Part shown: positions 19,913 to 30,272 of the stretch, one piece after another
Position numbering within the stretch: position 1 is the stretch's first letter
Layout: the number at the start of each line of letters is the position of its first letter
Source: Candidatus Hydrogenedentota bacterium
Lineage (GTDB): Bacteria > Hydrogenedentota > Hydrogenedentia > Hydrogenedentales > SLHB01
Direction of reading: 5' to 3'
NCBI GenBank assembly: GCA_963674865.2
Contig: CAXXYE010000009.1
Span: 640,001 to 704,000, forward strand
Length of the DNA: 64,000 nucleotides
Program-made: the position numbers and the translations under genes
The notes under the pieces: generated by a model
What the model was told of the DNA's origin: nothing
The model's input: only the letters and a program-made list of their open reading frames with translations
The model's database searches: none

Positions 19913-21091
19913 TCAAAGAAACGCTTCGAGGTCCGCGTAGTTCTTGATTCCGAACAGGTCCTCGTTGCAGGGCGCCGTTCCGCCACTCCTGTCGTGTATA
20001 TCGCGGTCGATGTAGTACTCGTTGTGCGGTTTGAAGCCGGGGATGGTTATCACGTTGACGAACACATCCATCCCGCGATGTCCCATGCCCGGCGGAATGC
20101 AGACGAAGGAGCCCGGCTCCAATTCAAATGTCTCGTACCGGCGCGGATCTCGGAGATCCGGGTACACGACGAGGCGTGCTTGACGGCCGTACGTGTTCAG
20201 TCCGTAAGTCTCCGGATCCAATACAAGGTAGATCTCGTGTTGCGCGAGGCCGCCGCCAATCGCCCGAACAGGGTGGAAATGGGTCGGCGATGTTTCCTTC
20301 GCGATGTTGACCACGTGGCTGTTGACGAAATTCAGCCCGTCGCCTGTCTCGCCCGGCAGGTTCATATACCACGTGAGCGGCAAGCGCCGGAACGGGTCGA
20401 AATCGAAATTGCAGCCGCCCGAACTATCTCGCAGATAGCGTAGCCGCATCACGGCGGGCACATGGCTCTCGACGCGGCCCGCCTGCTCCACCGTGACGCA
20501 GGAGAACCGCCCCCGCACCCGCAGATGCTCGTCGCCCGCTACGACGAGCTGGTCGCCCGCCATGACGCGTTCATACGAGGAGGAGTTCTTCACCGAATGT
20601 CCGCACTCGCGATAAACGCCGAACAGGAACGAGATCGCGCCGTCGACTTCCTCGTCATCCGACCAAGGCCGCGGGGCGTGCTCCAGCTTCCACAGGTCGT
20701 TGGCAAAATCGCCCACGTAGGCGCCGTCCCGGCGCCGCGCCAGAATCGCCTGGACGGGAGACTGCGCCTCCGCGCGCACGGTGGAAAGGGCGCGCTCCAA
20801 GAGCGCTAGCCGCTCCGCAAGGGCTGCATCCATCGCTTCCGCTCGGTATTCGGGCGGCAGCGCGTGGCCGTCTCCCTCCTTCGTCCGGTGGCCCGCAGGC
20901 AAGAAGACGTCACCTTCGCCGGAGTAGATCCAGAAAACCTTCATCCCCCCGGTGGCTGGCCTGAGGACTGTCTCCTCCCCGGTTACCTCCAAGCGGTCGA
21001 ACTGTAGGCCCTCCACAGACATCTCAAGATGCCGGCAGAGTTCGTTAAACGCTTCGGCCTTGTCTAGGTGGCACATATGTACCTGATCCAT
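19913..21091 (-). CDS. Hypothetical protein with C-terminal cupin-like metal site
   Basis: PTHFH...HEIY...IPPGMGHRG. Start ATG 21091 chosen over the track's 21193. Confidence 0.6.
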   Translation of the reverse strand: MDQVHMCHLDKAEAFNELCRHLEMSVEGLQFDRLEVTGEETVLRPATGGMKVFWIYSGEGDVFLPAGHRTKEGDGHALPPEYRAEAMDAALAERLALLERALSTVRAEAQSPVQAILARRRDGAYVGDFANDLWKLEHAPRPWSDDEEVDGAISFLFGVYRECGHSVKNSSSYERVMAGDQLVVAGDEHLRVRGRFSCVTVEQAGRVESHVPAVMRLRYLRDSSGGCNFDFDPFRRLPLTWYMNLPGETGDGLNFVNSHVVNIAKETSPTHFHPVRAIGGGLAQHEIYLVLDPETYGLNTYGRQARLVVYPDLRDPRRYETFELEPGSFVCIPPGMGHRGMDVFVNVITIPGFKPHNEYYIDRDIHDRSGGTAPCNEDLFGIKNYADLEAFL

Positions 21092-21267
21092 ACCGGGCAC
21101 CCTTTCTTTCTGCGCCCGCAGCGCGTTGGGGCGCCCTGCTTGCACAGGGCCCGTTGGGCGTTGTAGCCACTCAAAAAAACAGGGGTGAAACACAAAGCCA
21201 ATCGTGCTATGATCTCTTTCGTAAGAGCCTCAATCAGATCAACCGCTAGTATGGAGATCTCAAAAAC

Positions 21268-21423
21268 ATGCGGCATATCAAGACTGTCTCACGCCGGCCC
21301 GCGAAAGCCGCGGTCCCAATCGACGTCATTCTCGAGATCATCACCTTGGTATCGTCGGTGGTGGCCGTGATCGCCCAGTTCACCGACAGTTTCGAGGGGA
21401 AGGACAAAGAAGAATCCGCCTAG
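21268..21423 (+). CDS. Small 51-aa peptide (basic leader plus hydrophobic/amphipathic helix), not in ORF track
   Basis: GGAG RBS at 21253; translates MRHIKTVSRRPAKAAVPIDVILEIITLVSSVVAVIAQFTDSFEGKDKEESA*. Extended -10 TGCTATGAT at 21205-21213. Fills an otherwise empty intergenic gap. Confidence 0.65.
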   Translation: MRHIKTVSRRPAKAAVPIDVILEIITLVSSVVAVIAQFTDSFEGKDKEESA

Positions 21424-21499
21424 GCCGAAGGCACGTGGCGATATCTTCTACTCGGGGGTTTGCTCGTAGGGGCCTCCCCTTTCCTTGCTATTGAGCCGT

Positions 21500-22600
21500 T
21501 CAACTTTTGGTGACTGTGTCCACCAACGTCGCATAGTTCTCGTAGCAGCGTTCCGACATCGTCGGCACGTAAGGCGAGGCGGTCGGGCACACGATTAGGC
21601 CTTTCCTATCGTCGAACGCGTCGCTGATCAGGTCGGCCGCCATTGCCCGGACCTCATCGGGGGATTTGGTGTACATGTCGCCGATCTGGACATTGCCCTC
21701 GATACACACCTTGTCGCGTAATGCCGCTTTGGCCTCCTTCGGCGTCACGTTGCCCATCGGCGGCGGCTCAATCGGGTGAAGCACGTCCGCGCCCAGTGCC
21801 ACGAACGACGGCAGAACCTGCTTGATTGGCCCGTGGCTGTGAATATGCACCAAACCGCCCGCGTCGTGGATCAGATCCGTGATGGGCCGATCGTACCGCA
21901 CGTTGAAGTCATCAAAGTCCTTCGCACCGTGCAGCGGCGGCGTGACGTATTCCTCTCCCAACATCGCGAAATAGGGCCCGACTCCCTGAGCGAGAACGTA
22001 TTTGAGAATCCGGATAATGCGCTCCATTTCGCGTTGCAGCAGCGCGTGCAGCACCTCCCGAGCCGTCACGCTGAACATAGCGAATTGCGTTGAGCCGAAG
22101 AGGGACGCGACAATCCCCGCCGGGTTGAGGCCAATGCCGACCTCAACAATCCCGCGGTCGCCCAGCGCGCCGTCTGCATCGAAGAAGCTGGACACATCTC
22201 CCCCGACCTCCGGCAACGGGATCGACAGGTACTTCTCGGCGTCTTTCACGCTCTTGAGCAGATAGGTTTCCTCCAGGCCCGGCTGCCCTTTCAAGCCGTG
22301 AAGTCGGCTCGATGAAAGGTCTCCCGCGGGGGTGTGGAGAATCGTCACGTGCCGCTCGAAATCCTCTGAATGCGGCTCAACTCGGCACGTCTCGTCCCGT
22401 GGCTCCGCCAGGCCGCCCAGTCCCCAGCCTTTCTTCAGATCGCCTCGCGCCACAGCCAGACGCCGCAGAGGCTCGTAACTGGCGTGCGGCGGCGACGCCT
22501 CTGTCGCTCCGCGCAGGTAGAGTCCCGGGCGATCCGTTTCCCGGTGACGATAGCACCGATCCAACCGTTCTCTCGACGTGAGCACCTTCATGCGAAGCAT
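21500..22600 (-). CDS. Uroporphyrinogen decarboxylase-like (URO-D/MtaA) family protein
   Basis: LTSRERL...ETDRP start, HIHSHG, ADVLHPIEPPPMG, CIEGNV. Confidence 0.85.
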   Translation of the reverse strand: MLRMKVLTSRERLDRCYRHRETDRPGLYLRGATEASPPHASYEPLRRLAVARGDLKKGWGLGGLAEPRDETCRVEPHSEDFERHVTILHTPAGDLSSSRLHGLKGQPGLEETYLLKSVKDAEKYLSIPLPEVGGDVSSFFDADGALGDRGIVEVGIGLNPAGIVASLFGSTQFAMFSVTAREVLHALLQREMERIIRILKYVLAQGVGPYFAMLGEEYVTPPLHGAKDFDDFNVRYDRPITDLIHDAGGLVHIHSHGPIKQVLPSFVALGADVLHPIEPPPMGNVTPKEAKAALRDKVCIEGNVQIGDMYTKSPDEVRAMAADLISDAFDDRKGLIVCPTASPYVPTMSERCYENYATLVDTVTKS

Positions 22601-22718
22601 CCTCGATATCCCGTTTGTGAAGCGTCATGGTAGACGCCTCGCCCAACATCCGCAAGCCTGTTCCGCCGCAATCGCGCTGCTGTCGAGTTGCCCAGCGATT
22701 GTGGACTTCGCGCTAAGG

Positions 22719-22747
22719 TTGAACCGGTGCCCCCTGTTTGGTATGAT
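22719..22747 (+). promoter_or_regulatory. Sigma70-type promoter of tRNA-Glu
   Basis: TTGAAC-N17-TATGAT with an extended -10 TG, about 70 bp upstream of the tRNA. Confidence 0.65.
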
Positions 22748-22816
22748 TCCCCGCCGCACAGGAGGGCGGCGAAGACTTCCGTGTCTCGTTCGACGAAACG
22801 AGACACGCGCCTCAGC

Positions 22817-23764
<948 letters not shown>

Positions 23765-23910
23765 GAACGCCGAGCAAGAATACTTCGTCGAACTTACGAA
23801 ACAGAGTACTTAGATGTTTCAAGCTAGCGACGGGGCAGGCTCATCAGCGTGCTCTTGATTTCGAATTGAGACATTCACGTTGGCCCTGAGAAATGAAAGG
23901 GTGAGATCAG

Positions 23911-24519
23911 ATGGACAGACTCGACGAGGCAGCGGAGAACGTTCGAAAAGTCCTGCCGAACACTCATATCGAATGGGTAAGGGAGAATGTTGCCGAGAAA
24001 CTCGGCGTTACGCAAGAAGAAATGGCCCGGTTTCTCGCGGAGCAAGAAGCGCGGGCGGAAGAAAAAGCCAGACAGTGGCTCGCGGCCAAGGTCGAACTGT
24101 GCAGGAGCAAATCCTTGGAAGGGATCCCTCACGGCGACTTCTGCTGGGGGATGCAAGACCTTGACGGTTTGCTCGAAGAGACAGAGGTCGAGGCTCCTCT
24201 AGGGCGCGAAATATTGTGGGACGCGGTCGAACGAAACGACCGCAAGATTGGCGAGATGCCCGAGCGGTTTCCCGACGTGTCCTGCCCCTACTGGAGAGAC
24301 CTGGGATTTGGTGTGCGCTGTGAATTCCTCGAGGAACAGGCCGTGGGTATGTACGCTGAAGATTACGAAAAGGCATTGGCCGCATATGGTTCGGACGAGG
24401 AAATCGAGAAACACTTCACAGGCGGCCTTCTGCTCGCCGAGTCGATTAGGGGCTGCAAGAGGGTCATTGACGCTCTGAGGAAGGAAAAGGAACAAGACGA
24501 TAACGCCGCGCAAGGCTAG
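23911..24519 (+). CDS. Hypothetical protein (HTH-like N-terminus, putative Cys4 metal-binding domain)
   Basis: ATG after AGGGTG; VAEKLGVTQEEMARFL; IPHGDFCW...CPYW...CEFL...IRGC. Confidence 0.65.
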   Translation: MDRLDEAAENVRKVLPNTHIEWVRENVAEKLGVTQEEMARFLAEQEARAEEKARQWLAAKVELCRSKSLEGIPHGDFCWGMQDLDGLLEETEVEAPLGREILWDAVERNDRKIGEMPERFPDVSCPYWRDLGFGVRCEFLEEQAVGMYAEDYEKALAAYGSDEEIEKHFTGGLLLAESIRGCKRVIDALRKEKEQDDNAAQG

Positions 24520-24679
24520 GGGCTGCTGCCAGTTCGGCGCTCCGCTCGACAGTGACCAGACAGCGCGAAGGCGCCGTCGAGCCTCCTACGAACCAGAAGT
24601 TCTTCGCATCGCGTCTTGTGCCGCCAGAGGCGCCGGTAGGCCAGAACTCTCTATATGCACCTTCCCGAAATCTCCTGCC

Positions 24680-24895
24680 TTACCAGTGGCTGAGGTGCTC
24701 CACCCCGATGAGGTAATTATCGCCGTCGCGGTCAACAACAAGGTCGGTGACGGCGCCTCGGCCGGTGGCCGGGTCCCTGCGGTTCTTGTATTCGCTCGGG
24801 TCCGACGGGTTGTCGGCAAACTGGACGGTATCTTCCCCGTACCTGCTGTAGCAGTAGGCATTCCCGCCAAAGGCCGTGATCGTGTTGTTGCCCAT
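24680..24895 (-). CDS. Small hypothetical protein or gene fragment
   Basis: 71-aa ORF with AAGGGG upstream and host-like codons, just downstream of the DUF4838 gene. Confidence 0.35.
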   Translation of the reverse strand: MGNNTITAFGGNAYCYSRYGEDTVQFADNPSDPSEYKNRRDPATGRGAVTDLVVDRDGDNYLIGVEHLSHW

Positions 24896-24927
24896 TTCCC
24901 CTTACTGCAGGTCGCGTATTCACCCCG

Positions 24928-27240
24928 TTACTTTCCTGCGTCGCGACGCTCCTCCGAGAGACGCAAACAGAACACCCGGTCGACCCAGATCCATTCTACC
25001 GCCTCTGCATTGTTGAGTGCCGTGAAGGCGACGCTTCCGTTGCCTGGCGCAGTGTGCGTACCAAAGTCAAGCAACCGATACTCGTTGCCTGCGACGGACG
25101 CAATGGAAACTAGGGGCGAAGGCGCCTCCTCCGGCACGTTGATGCCGCTGAGCTCGATACCGAACGCGTTGCCCGTCGTCGTCTTGGCGTCGCATCGCAC
25201 CAGTGCGTACCAATGAAGCGGCCCGAGTTCGGCCAGACACCCTGGGAGCCAGACCTGAATCCCGGAGCGCGAATGATTCGTGGACATCCTGGCCGCCCGC
25301 CCGTTGGAAGCCGCCGGGTCGTCGGTGAGTTCCGAGCATTCCCCTTCCCAGGCCAAAGCGAACTGACCCTCCTGGAAATCGATAACGTCGTCCAGATTGA
25401 CATGATTGAGTTCCGGAGGCAAAGGCAGTGGGGGCTCCAGCATGGTGCGCACATTGCGCTCGTACAGCTCGATGGCCCCCGTATACCGTCCGCCGCCTTC
25501 GCGATTCCTCGCTGCGCCGAAGGCCCGGCAAGCCTCAAAAAACCTGTCGGCCAACTCAAGGAAATCGGCACGGGTGCGCATGCCTTCCGGCATGGTCCCT
25601 GGGAAGAAGCGTGCCGTCTGATACCTTGCCAGGCAGGCATTGTCGAGGGCAAGACGTGACTTGCGCACCCTCTGGGCGTAGACAGGGGCATCCGCAACGG
25701 CCTCATGGGCTTCGTCAAACAGACGCACTGCTTCCCCGAGCTGTTCGGTCTTTAGCCAAGTAGACGCGTCCGTCATGTAGCACCGAAGCCTGATCCCCGA
25801 TTCCTGCACAGCCTTATGGACAAGGTTGAGGTATTCCCGTATAGGCGCCGCCGCGGCCCCGTACCATCCGTCGAGGAATTCGTCTATCAACACATCGACA
25901 TCTTGGGAGGGGTTCCAGAGCAAATGTGCCAATAGCCACGGGCGAAGCTCCACAAAGTCGCCGACGGGGCACTGGGCGTCACCCTGTTCGAACAGTCCGA
26001 TGGTCTTGTTGTCGGCAAAGAAACCGATATTCTGCGCGAGCACATGAAGGTTAGGGTGCGGCAGAATGTAGTTTCGAAAGTTGGCGACGTAGTCCCAGAT
26101 GAACAACTGGTGTGAGATTGCGCTCCAGCCCTCGATATCACGAACGAAATCGGGATCCTGCGCCCTTGTGGCGAGCGGCTGCGCGTAGGAGCACTCGATC
26201 GAGCACATCCGGATGATGACGTTGCGGCGGGGACGCACAATGTTGGGAGGCTTGCGACTCCAGGTGTAGGCCAGCGTTTCCACGTATACTTCCGGGTACT
26301 CCTTTTCGATCTCGGCCGCCACCTTATTCACGAACCGAAGAAGAGGCCCGGCGGGCGTTCCTTCTTCGTCAACGATCGCTTGGCAGGCGGCGCATGTGCA
26401 GTAGTCGCCTGAATCTCCCTGGCTGATCGATATCATGCCCGCATCGGGATTCTCGCGAATCAACTGCAAGGCATTGCGGGTCAACTCGGCGCGGCACTCC
26501 TCGTTGGCCAAGCACAACTGCACCTGCCAATCAGCAACACGCTTCCCTTTCACCTCGGCATACCATTCAGGATGGTCCGCGAAGTAACGTTCGGGCGGCA
26601 GCAGCGGGCCAAAAGTGTGCACGAAGAGGATGATCTCATAGTGTCCGCCGTAAGCTTCGCTGCGCTTACAGAAATGTCCGTTCACACGAGAGCGGGCGGC
26701 GAACTCGCCATTGTACATGTCCACGTAAAAAGGCTCGCGATAAAAGATTGCAGGCTGGTAAACCGTATCCAAAGGCGCAAAGGAAAGCTTGGGAGTAATG
26801 GGGATGCGGCGCTCGGTGGAGGTCCACCACCGACACCCCACGATATCTTCAAGGAACGTATACACGGCGTTGAGCGTGCCGCGTGGACGGCCCCCAGCCA
26901 GGTACAGGGCGCTGTCCATGGACTTCATGACGATGCCATCTGTGCCAAAGTCCACGGAGGCAAGTTCAGGAAAGGCAGCCCACAGTTCGGGGCCCGGGCC
27001 AACGATAATGCGCTTCTGCGCTGCCGCCTCGCCGGACACGATGGGAAACAACGCGCCGGTTGCCGTCTCGAGGTGTTCCTTCAATTCCCGGGCCGCTGTT
27101 ACCTCGGCGGGGATTGGGTCGTCCACAACCTGAATGACCCATCTCGATTCCCCGTCATTGGCAAGCGTGACGGCATGTGCGGGCACTGACCATAAGAACA
27201 GAATAAGCAATATCAAACTCGTGGCGATTGGCATCATCAT
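24928..27240 (-). CDS. DUF4838-domain secreted protein (GH67/GH20-like N-domain)
   Basis: Signal peptide; AGGRPRGTLNAVYTFLE..GCRW, HPEWYA, QLCLAN, CTCAAC, ETLAY, IWDY. Confidence 0.85.
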   Translation of the reverse strand: MMMPIATSLILLILFLWSVPAHAVTLANDGESRWVIQVVDDPIPAEVTAARELKEHLETATGALFPIVSGEAAAQKRIIVGPGPELWAAFPELASVDFGTDGIVMKSMDSALYLAGGRPRGTLNAVYTFLEDIVGCRWWTSTERRIPITPKLSFAPLDTVYQPAIFYREPFYVDMYNGEFAARSRVNGHFCKRSEAYGGHYEIILFVHTFGPLLPPERYFADHPEWYAEVKGKRVADWQVQLCLANEECRAELTRNALQLIRENPDAGMISISQGDSGDYCTCAACQAIVDEEGTPAGPLLRFVNKVAAEIEKEYPEVYVETLAYTWSRKPPNIVRPRRNVIIRMCSIECSYAQPLATRAQDPDFVRDIEGWSAISHQLFIWDYVANFRNYILPHPNLHVLAQNIGFFADNKTIGLFEQGDAQCPVGDFVELRPWLLAHLLWNPSQDVDVLIDEFLDGWYGAAAAPIREYLNLVHKAVQESGIRLRCYMTDASTWLKTEQLGEAVRLFDEAHEAVADAPVYAQRVRKSRLALDNACLARYQTARFFPGTMPEGMRTRADFLELADRFFEACRAFGAARNREGGGRYTGAIELYERNVRTMLEPPLPLPPELNHVNLDDVIDFQEGQFALAWEGECSELTDDPAASNGRAARMSTNHSRSGIQVWLPGCLAELGPLHWYALVRCDAKTTTGNAFGIELSGINVPEEAPSPLVSIASVAGNEYRLLDFGTHTAPGNGSVAFTALNNAEAVEWIWVDRVFCLRLSEERRDAGK

Positions 27241-27279
27241 GCCTGCGTTCTCCCGTCTTTGGTGCTTCGAAGCCGCCGT

Positions 27280-28650
27280 TTAGAGGTCGTGCGGCGTCCC
27301 AAAGCGCTCATAGTAGGGCTCCAGAGGAAACGGATGCGTATTGATGGCGACAAGCGCGAAGACGACCGGCAGAATCAACGCTGCCGCCACGATCAGAGTC
27401 CACCGCCGGCGCGTTTCCTCAACGGGCCTCAAGGCCGGCAGCGTAGGCGTACCTCGGCCCCAAATCGCCCAGATAACACCAATAACAAGGAGGGTGGGGA
27501 GATACCAGAGGCGTGTGTTGCGAAGGGAAAACGGTGTGTAGAAAACCATGCTTTTGACCGCACTCAAAGCGACGAAATAAAAGGCGTGAATGAACAGGAG
27601 GCCGTGAACCGCGACCCCCGCAACGGACTTCGGGCGACTGAGAAAGCGCCAAGAATACACCAGGACAAGGGCGGTCATGACAATGACTACGCCCGACGCC
27701 GTTGTGAGCTGACGGGCTGCGAAGCCAGCGGGATCAACCATCCCCAGGCTTTCCGCGGCCCCCGTAAACTTGTCCATAGAAAACGCAGCGGCGCGATTCA
27801 CGACCGGAATCCCTGCCGCAAGAAACAACAACGCGCCCCAGTGCGCGCCTCTAGACGGGGTGATGGTTTCCGGCCAATCGCGCGACAACACGGCATACGC
27901 CATGCCGACGCCTCCTCCGAATCCCAGGAGGAACTCCATAATATTCCAGCCATTGATTCCGGTGCCGATCACCATGTTAAGGGTTTGTATGAGATTGCCG
28001 AACGAGAATCCGATTCCAGCCCCGAGCGAGGCATAGCACGCCGTACGCAGAGCCCTGTGGTATCCTCCACGATGCAGGAACCATCCAAGCGCTGCGGAAG
28101 CACCGAGACAGGCTGCCCAACTTTCGTGGCGCGGCGGCGTCATCCGCCACTCCAGGGCGCCTATAATAACCACGTAGGCGAGGCAACCGAACGCAACCAT
28201 CTCCGTGATGAGTCTGTGCCATTCGGCGTTCCGAGGCCCTGACTCCAGTCCCAGTCCAAACAGCCCGCCCCCCACAAAGCCGTAAAGGCCCCCGACGAGA
28301 ATAAGCATGGCGTAACCGTATGCCACACTCGTGAAGTGAATTCCGCGTCCGCTCGCAACCATGAGGCCGTAGCTCATCGTGCCCCCCACCCCCCAGCCGA
28401 CGCCGCCCAGACAGGCGAGTATGGGTGCGCGTCGCAGCCAGTCTCTGCGGTTCACGGCTACGACGACCCCAAGAGCGCCCATGGAGCCCGCCCAAGACGC
28501 GCCCCATTCGTGGCCAAACACGCCACGTACGGCCCAGCCCAAGCCCAGAACCAGGCCGCTGAACACAAGAACAAAAGCGCTGGATGCTAGGGTTCCGCAC
28601 TTCACTGTTTGCTGCTCCTGTGCTTTGCGGAAACTTGTACTTGCTGGCAC
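27280..28650 (-). CDS. Multi-pass integral membrane protein of unknown function
   Basis: Many Gly-rich hydrophobic segments; GWAVRGVFGHEWGA, GGTMSYG. Confidence 0.75.
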   Translation of the reverse strand: MPASTSFRKAQEQQTVKCGTLASSAFVLVFSGLVLGLGWAVRGVFGHEWGASWAGSMGALGVVVAVNRRDWLRRAPILACLGGVGWGVGGTMSYGLMVASGRGIHFTSVAYGYAMLILVGGLYGFVGGGLFGLGLESGPRNAEWHRLITEMVAFGCLAYVVIIGALEWRMTPPRHESWAACLGASAALGWFLHRGGYHRALRTACYASLGAGIGFSFGNLIQTLNMVIGTGINGWNIMEFLLGFGGGVGMAYAVLSRDWPETITPSRGAHWGALLFLAAGIPVVNRAAAFSMDKFTGAAESLGMVDPAGFAARQLTTASGVVIVMTALVLVYSWRFLSRPKSVAGVAVHGLLFIHAFYFVALSAVKSMVFYTPFSLRNTRLWYLPTLLVIGVIWAIWGRGTPTLPALRPVEETRRRWTLIVAAALILPVVFALVAINTHPFPLEPYYERFGTPHDL

Positions 28651-28992
28651 GCAGGCATCTATTGAAGTCGGCGCTTTACGGAGTGGGTACCTGAACCTAG
28701 TGTGAATGATACCACGGGTTGAGTGCCGAACCTACTCTTGAAGACCAGTTCATGCTCTCTTATCTAAAAGAGGGCGGGATACAACTCGCGCCGATGTAGG
28801 AGTCGGGGTTGGCGATGACGGAATTGAGGGTGGCGAGGCTGTCGCCAGGGTAAATGGCGGGGGAGCGCAGCGTCTCGAAAAGCATGCCGCTGCTTCCGCA
28901 AGCCGGGGGCGCAGGCCGTTTCCCCGGTTCTGCACTCAACTCGACAATGACCTGTCAGCGCAAGGGCACTTCACTCCAAAGGAGTACGCCCG

Positions 28993-30243
28993 TCATTTCG
29001 ATTGAGACGGCTCCTCCCCCGCACTGCGTGACGTGAAATAGGCTAGAATGATCCGTGCCAATACCTGTTTCCCGCGACGGTTGGCGTGTACCGCATCCCG
29101 CAGGTACCACGAATGGGGACGCGGCGATTGCTCGATGAAGTTGTCCCAGGGTTCCCGCATATTGATGAACTCGACCTTTTCCTCTTCGGCCATGCGTTGC
29201 AGTCGCGGGCGGAAAGTCTCGACGTGCCGCCGGGCCGCATCAAGCGGCTGCCCCGATCGCTCTACGTAGCGCTCTCTCAACCGGTCCTCTGACGCGACCG
29301 CTCCCGTCATGACCGCGATATCAGTGTTCGCCGCGGCGCGTATCTGCTCGACAACGCTTTGGATAGCCTCGACGTTGTAGTTATGGCTCAATCCGGCGAT
29401 GATGACAAGGTTCGGTTGATAGCGCAGGACGTATTCCTGCACACGCCCTTCTTCTCTATAATAGGGGCATCCGGTTGCTCCACGTACGGAATTCACCACC
29501 TCAATCCGGCTCCCCGGATATGCTCGTTCTAGCAGCACATCAAACGCGGAATTGCCTGTGTCGTTAGCAATGCTGTCGCCGAGCAGCACTACGCGAAGGT
29601 CGCCGCCGGCCTCCAGCGTCTTCATGGTCGCCCCGAGATGTCGCCACCGCTTCCGGGGCGGTTCGTAGCGCAACGGAGGATTCCCCGCCGCCACATGATC
29701 CGCCCATTGCCTCACTTGCTGCGCGCTCGCAGGCTGCACACTGACCTCGCGAATATGCAGCGGCTGGGCCCTGGGTTGGAAGCGGATTCGTACGTGTGCC
29801 GCCAGCGCATGCGCCCGGAAGCAAACGCAGTCTGCATGCCAATCCTCCGAGGCGAAGACACTGTCGTAGCAATCCGCCGCGAGTTCTGCGCCCGATGCGT
29901 CGAAGAAGACGGCGGCGCAATAGCTGTCGCTTGACGTCCTTGACGTGAACCGCAACCGGTAGTACTGGTACGGCTGAACGGGAATGGCAGGACTGAACCA
30001 GTAACCTTGCTGGCAAGCCAGGTATGGCTCGTCGCTGTCCGCGTTCGCCCACTCCCCGAGGAAGGCGTTGTCGCCAAATCCCCTCCCCTCCCAACCGGCT
30101 ACCAGCGGGTTTTCGTGGAACTGTGTCGTTAGCAGCACAGTGTTCTCCTCAGCCGCAGGATTCCTGATTGAGGCAAACAGAAAGATAGCTAAAAGCAGCA
30201 CCTTTTGACCCACTCGCACGACGCCTCCCGTTCTTCGAGCCAT
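28993..30243 (-). CDS. SGNH/GDSL hydrolase with N-terminal CBM-like domain
   Basis: LLGDSIAND block I and DAVHAN block V; signal-like hydrophobic stretch. Start uncertain. Confidence 0.8.
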   Translation of the reverse strand: MARRTGGVVRVGQKVLLLAIFLFASIRNPAAEENTVLLTTQFHENPLVAGWEGRGFGDNAFLGEWANADSDEPYLACQQGYWFSPAIPVQPYQYYRLRFTSRTSSDSYCAAVFFDASGAELAADCYDSVFASEDWHADCVCFRAHALAAHVRIRFQPRAQPLHIREVSVQPASAQQVRQWADHVAAGNPPLRYEPPRKRWRHLGATMKTLEAGGDLRVVLLGDSIANDTGNSAFDVLLERAYPGSRIEVVNSVRGATGCPYYREEGRVQEYVLRYQPNLVIIAGLSHNYNVEAIQSVVEQIRAAANTDIAVMTGAVASEDRLRERYVERSGQPLDAARRHVETFRPRLQRMAEEEKVEFINMREPWDNFIEQSPRPHSWYLRDAVHANRRGKQVLARIILAYFTSRSAGEEPSQSK

Positions 30244-30272
30244 GGTTGTCGAAGACGATCTGCAAAGACCGC

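Noticed and set aside
28686..28718. Third copy of the integron-flanking repeat (also GTTCGGCGC at 24532)
   Set aside because: Spacing is off or the flanks do not match. The 28.7-kb motif is more simply an extended -10 (TGGTATCAT) for the minus-strand gene.
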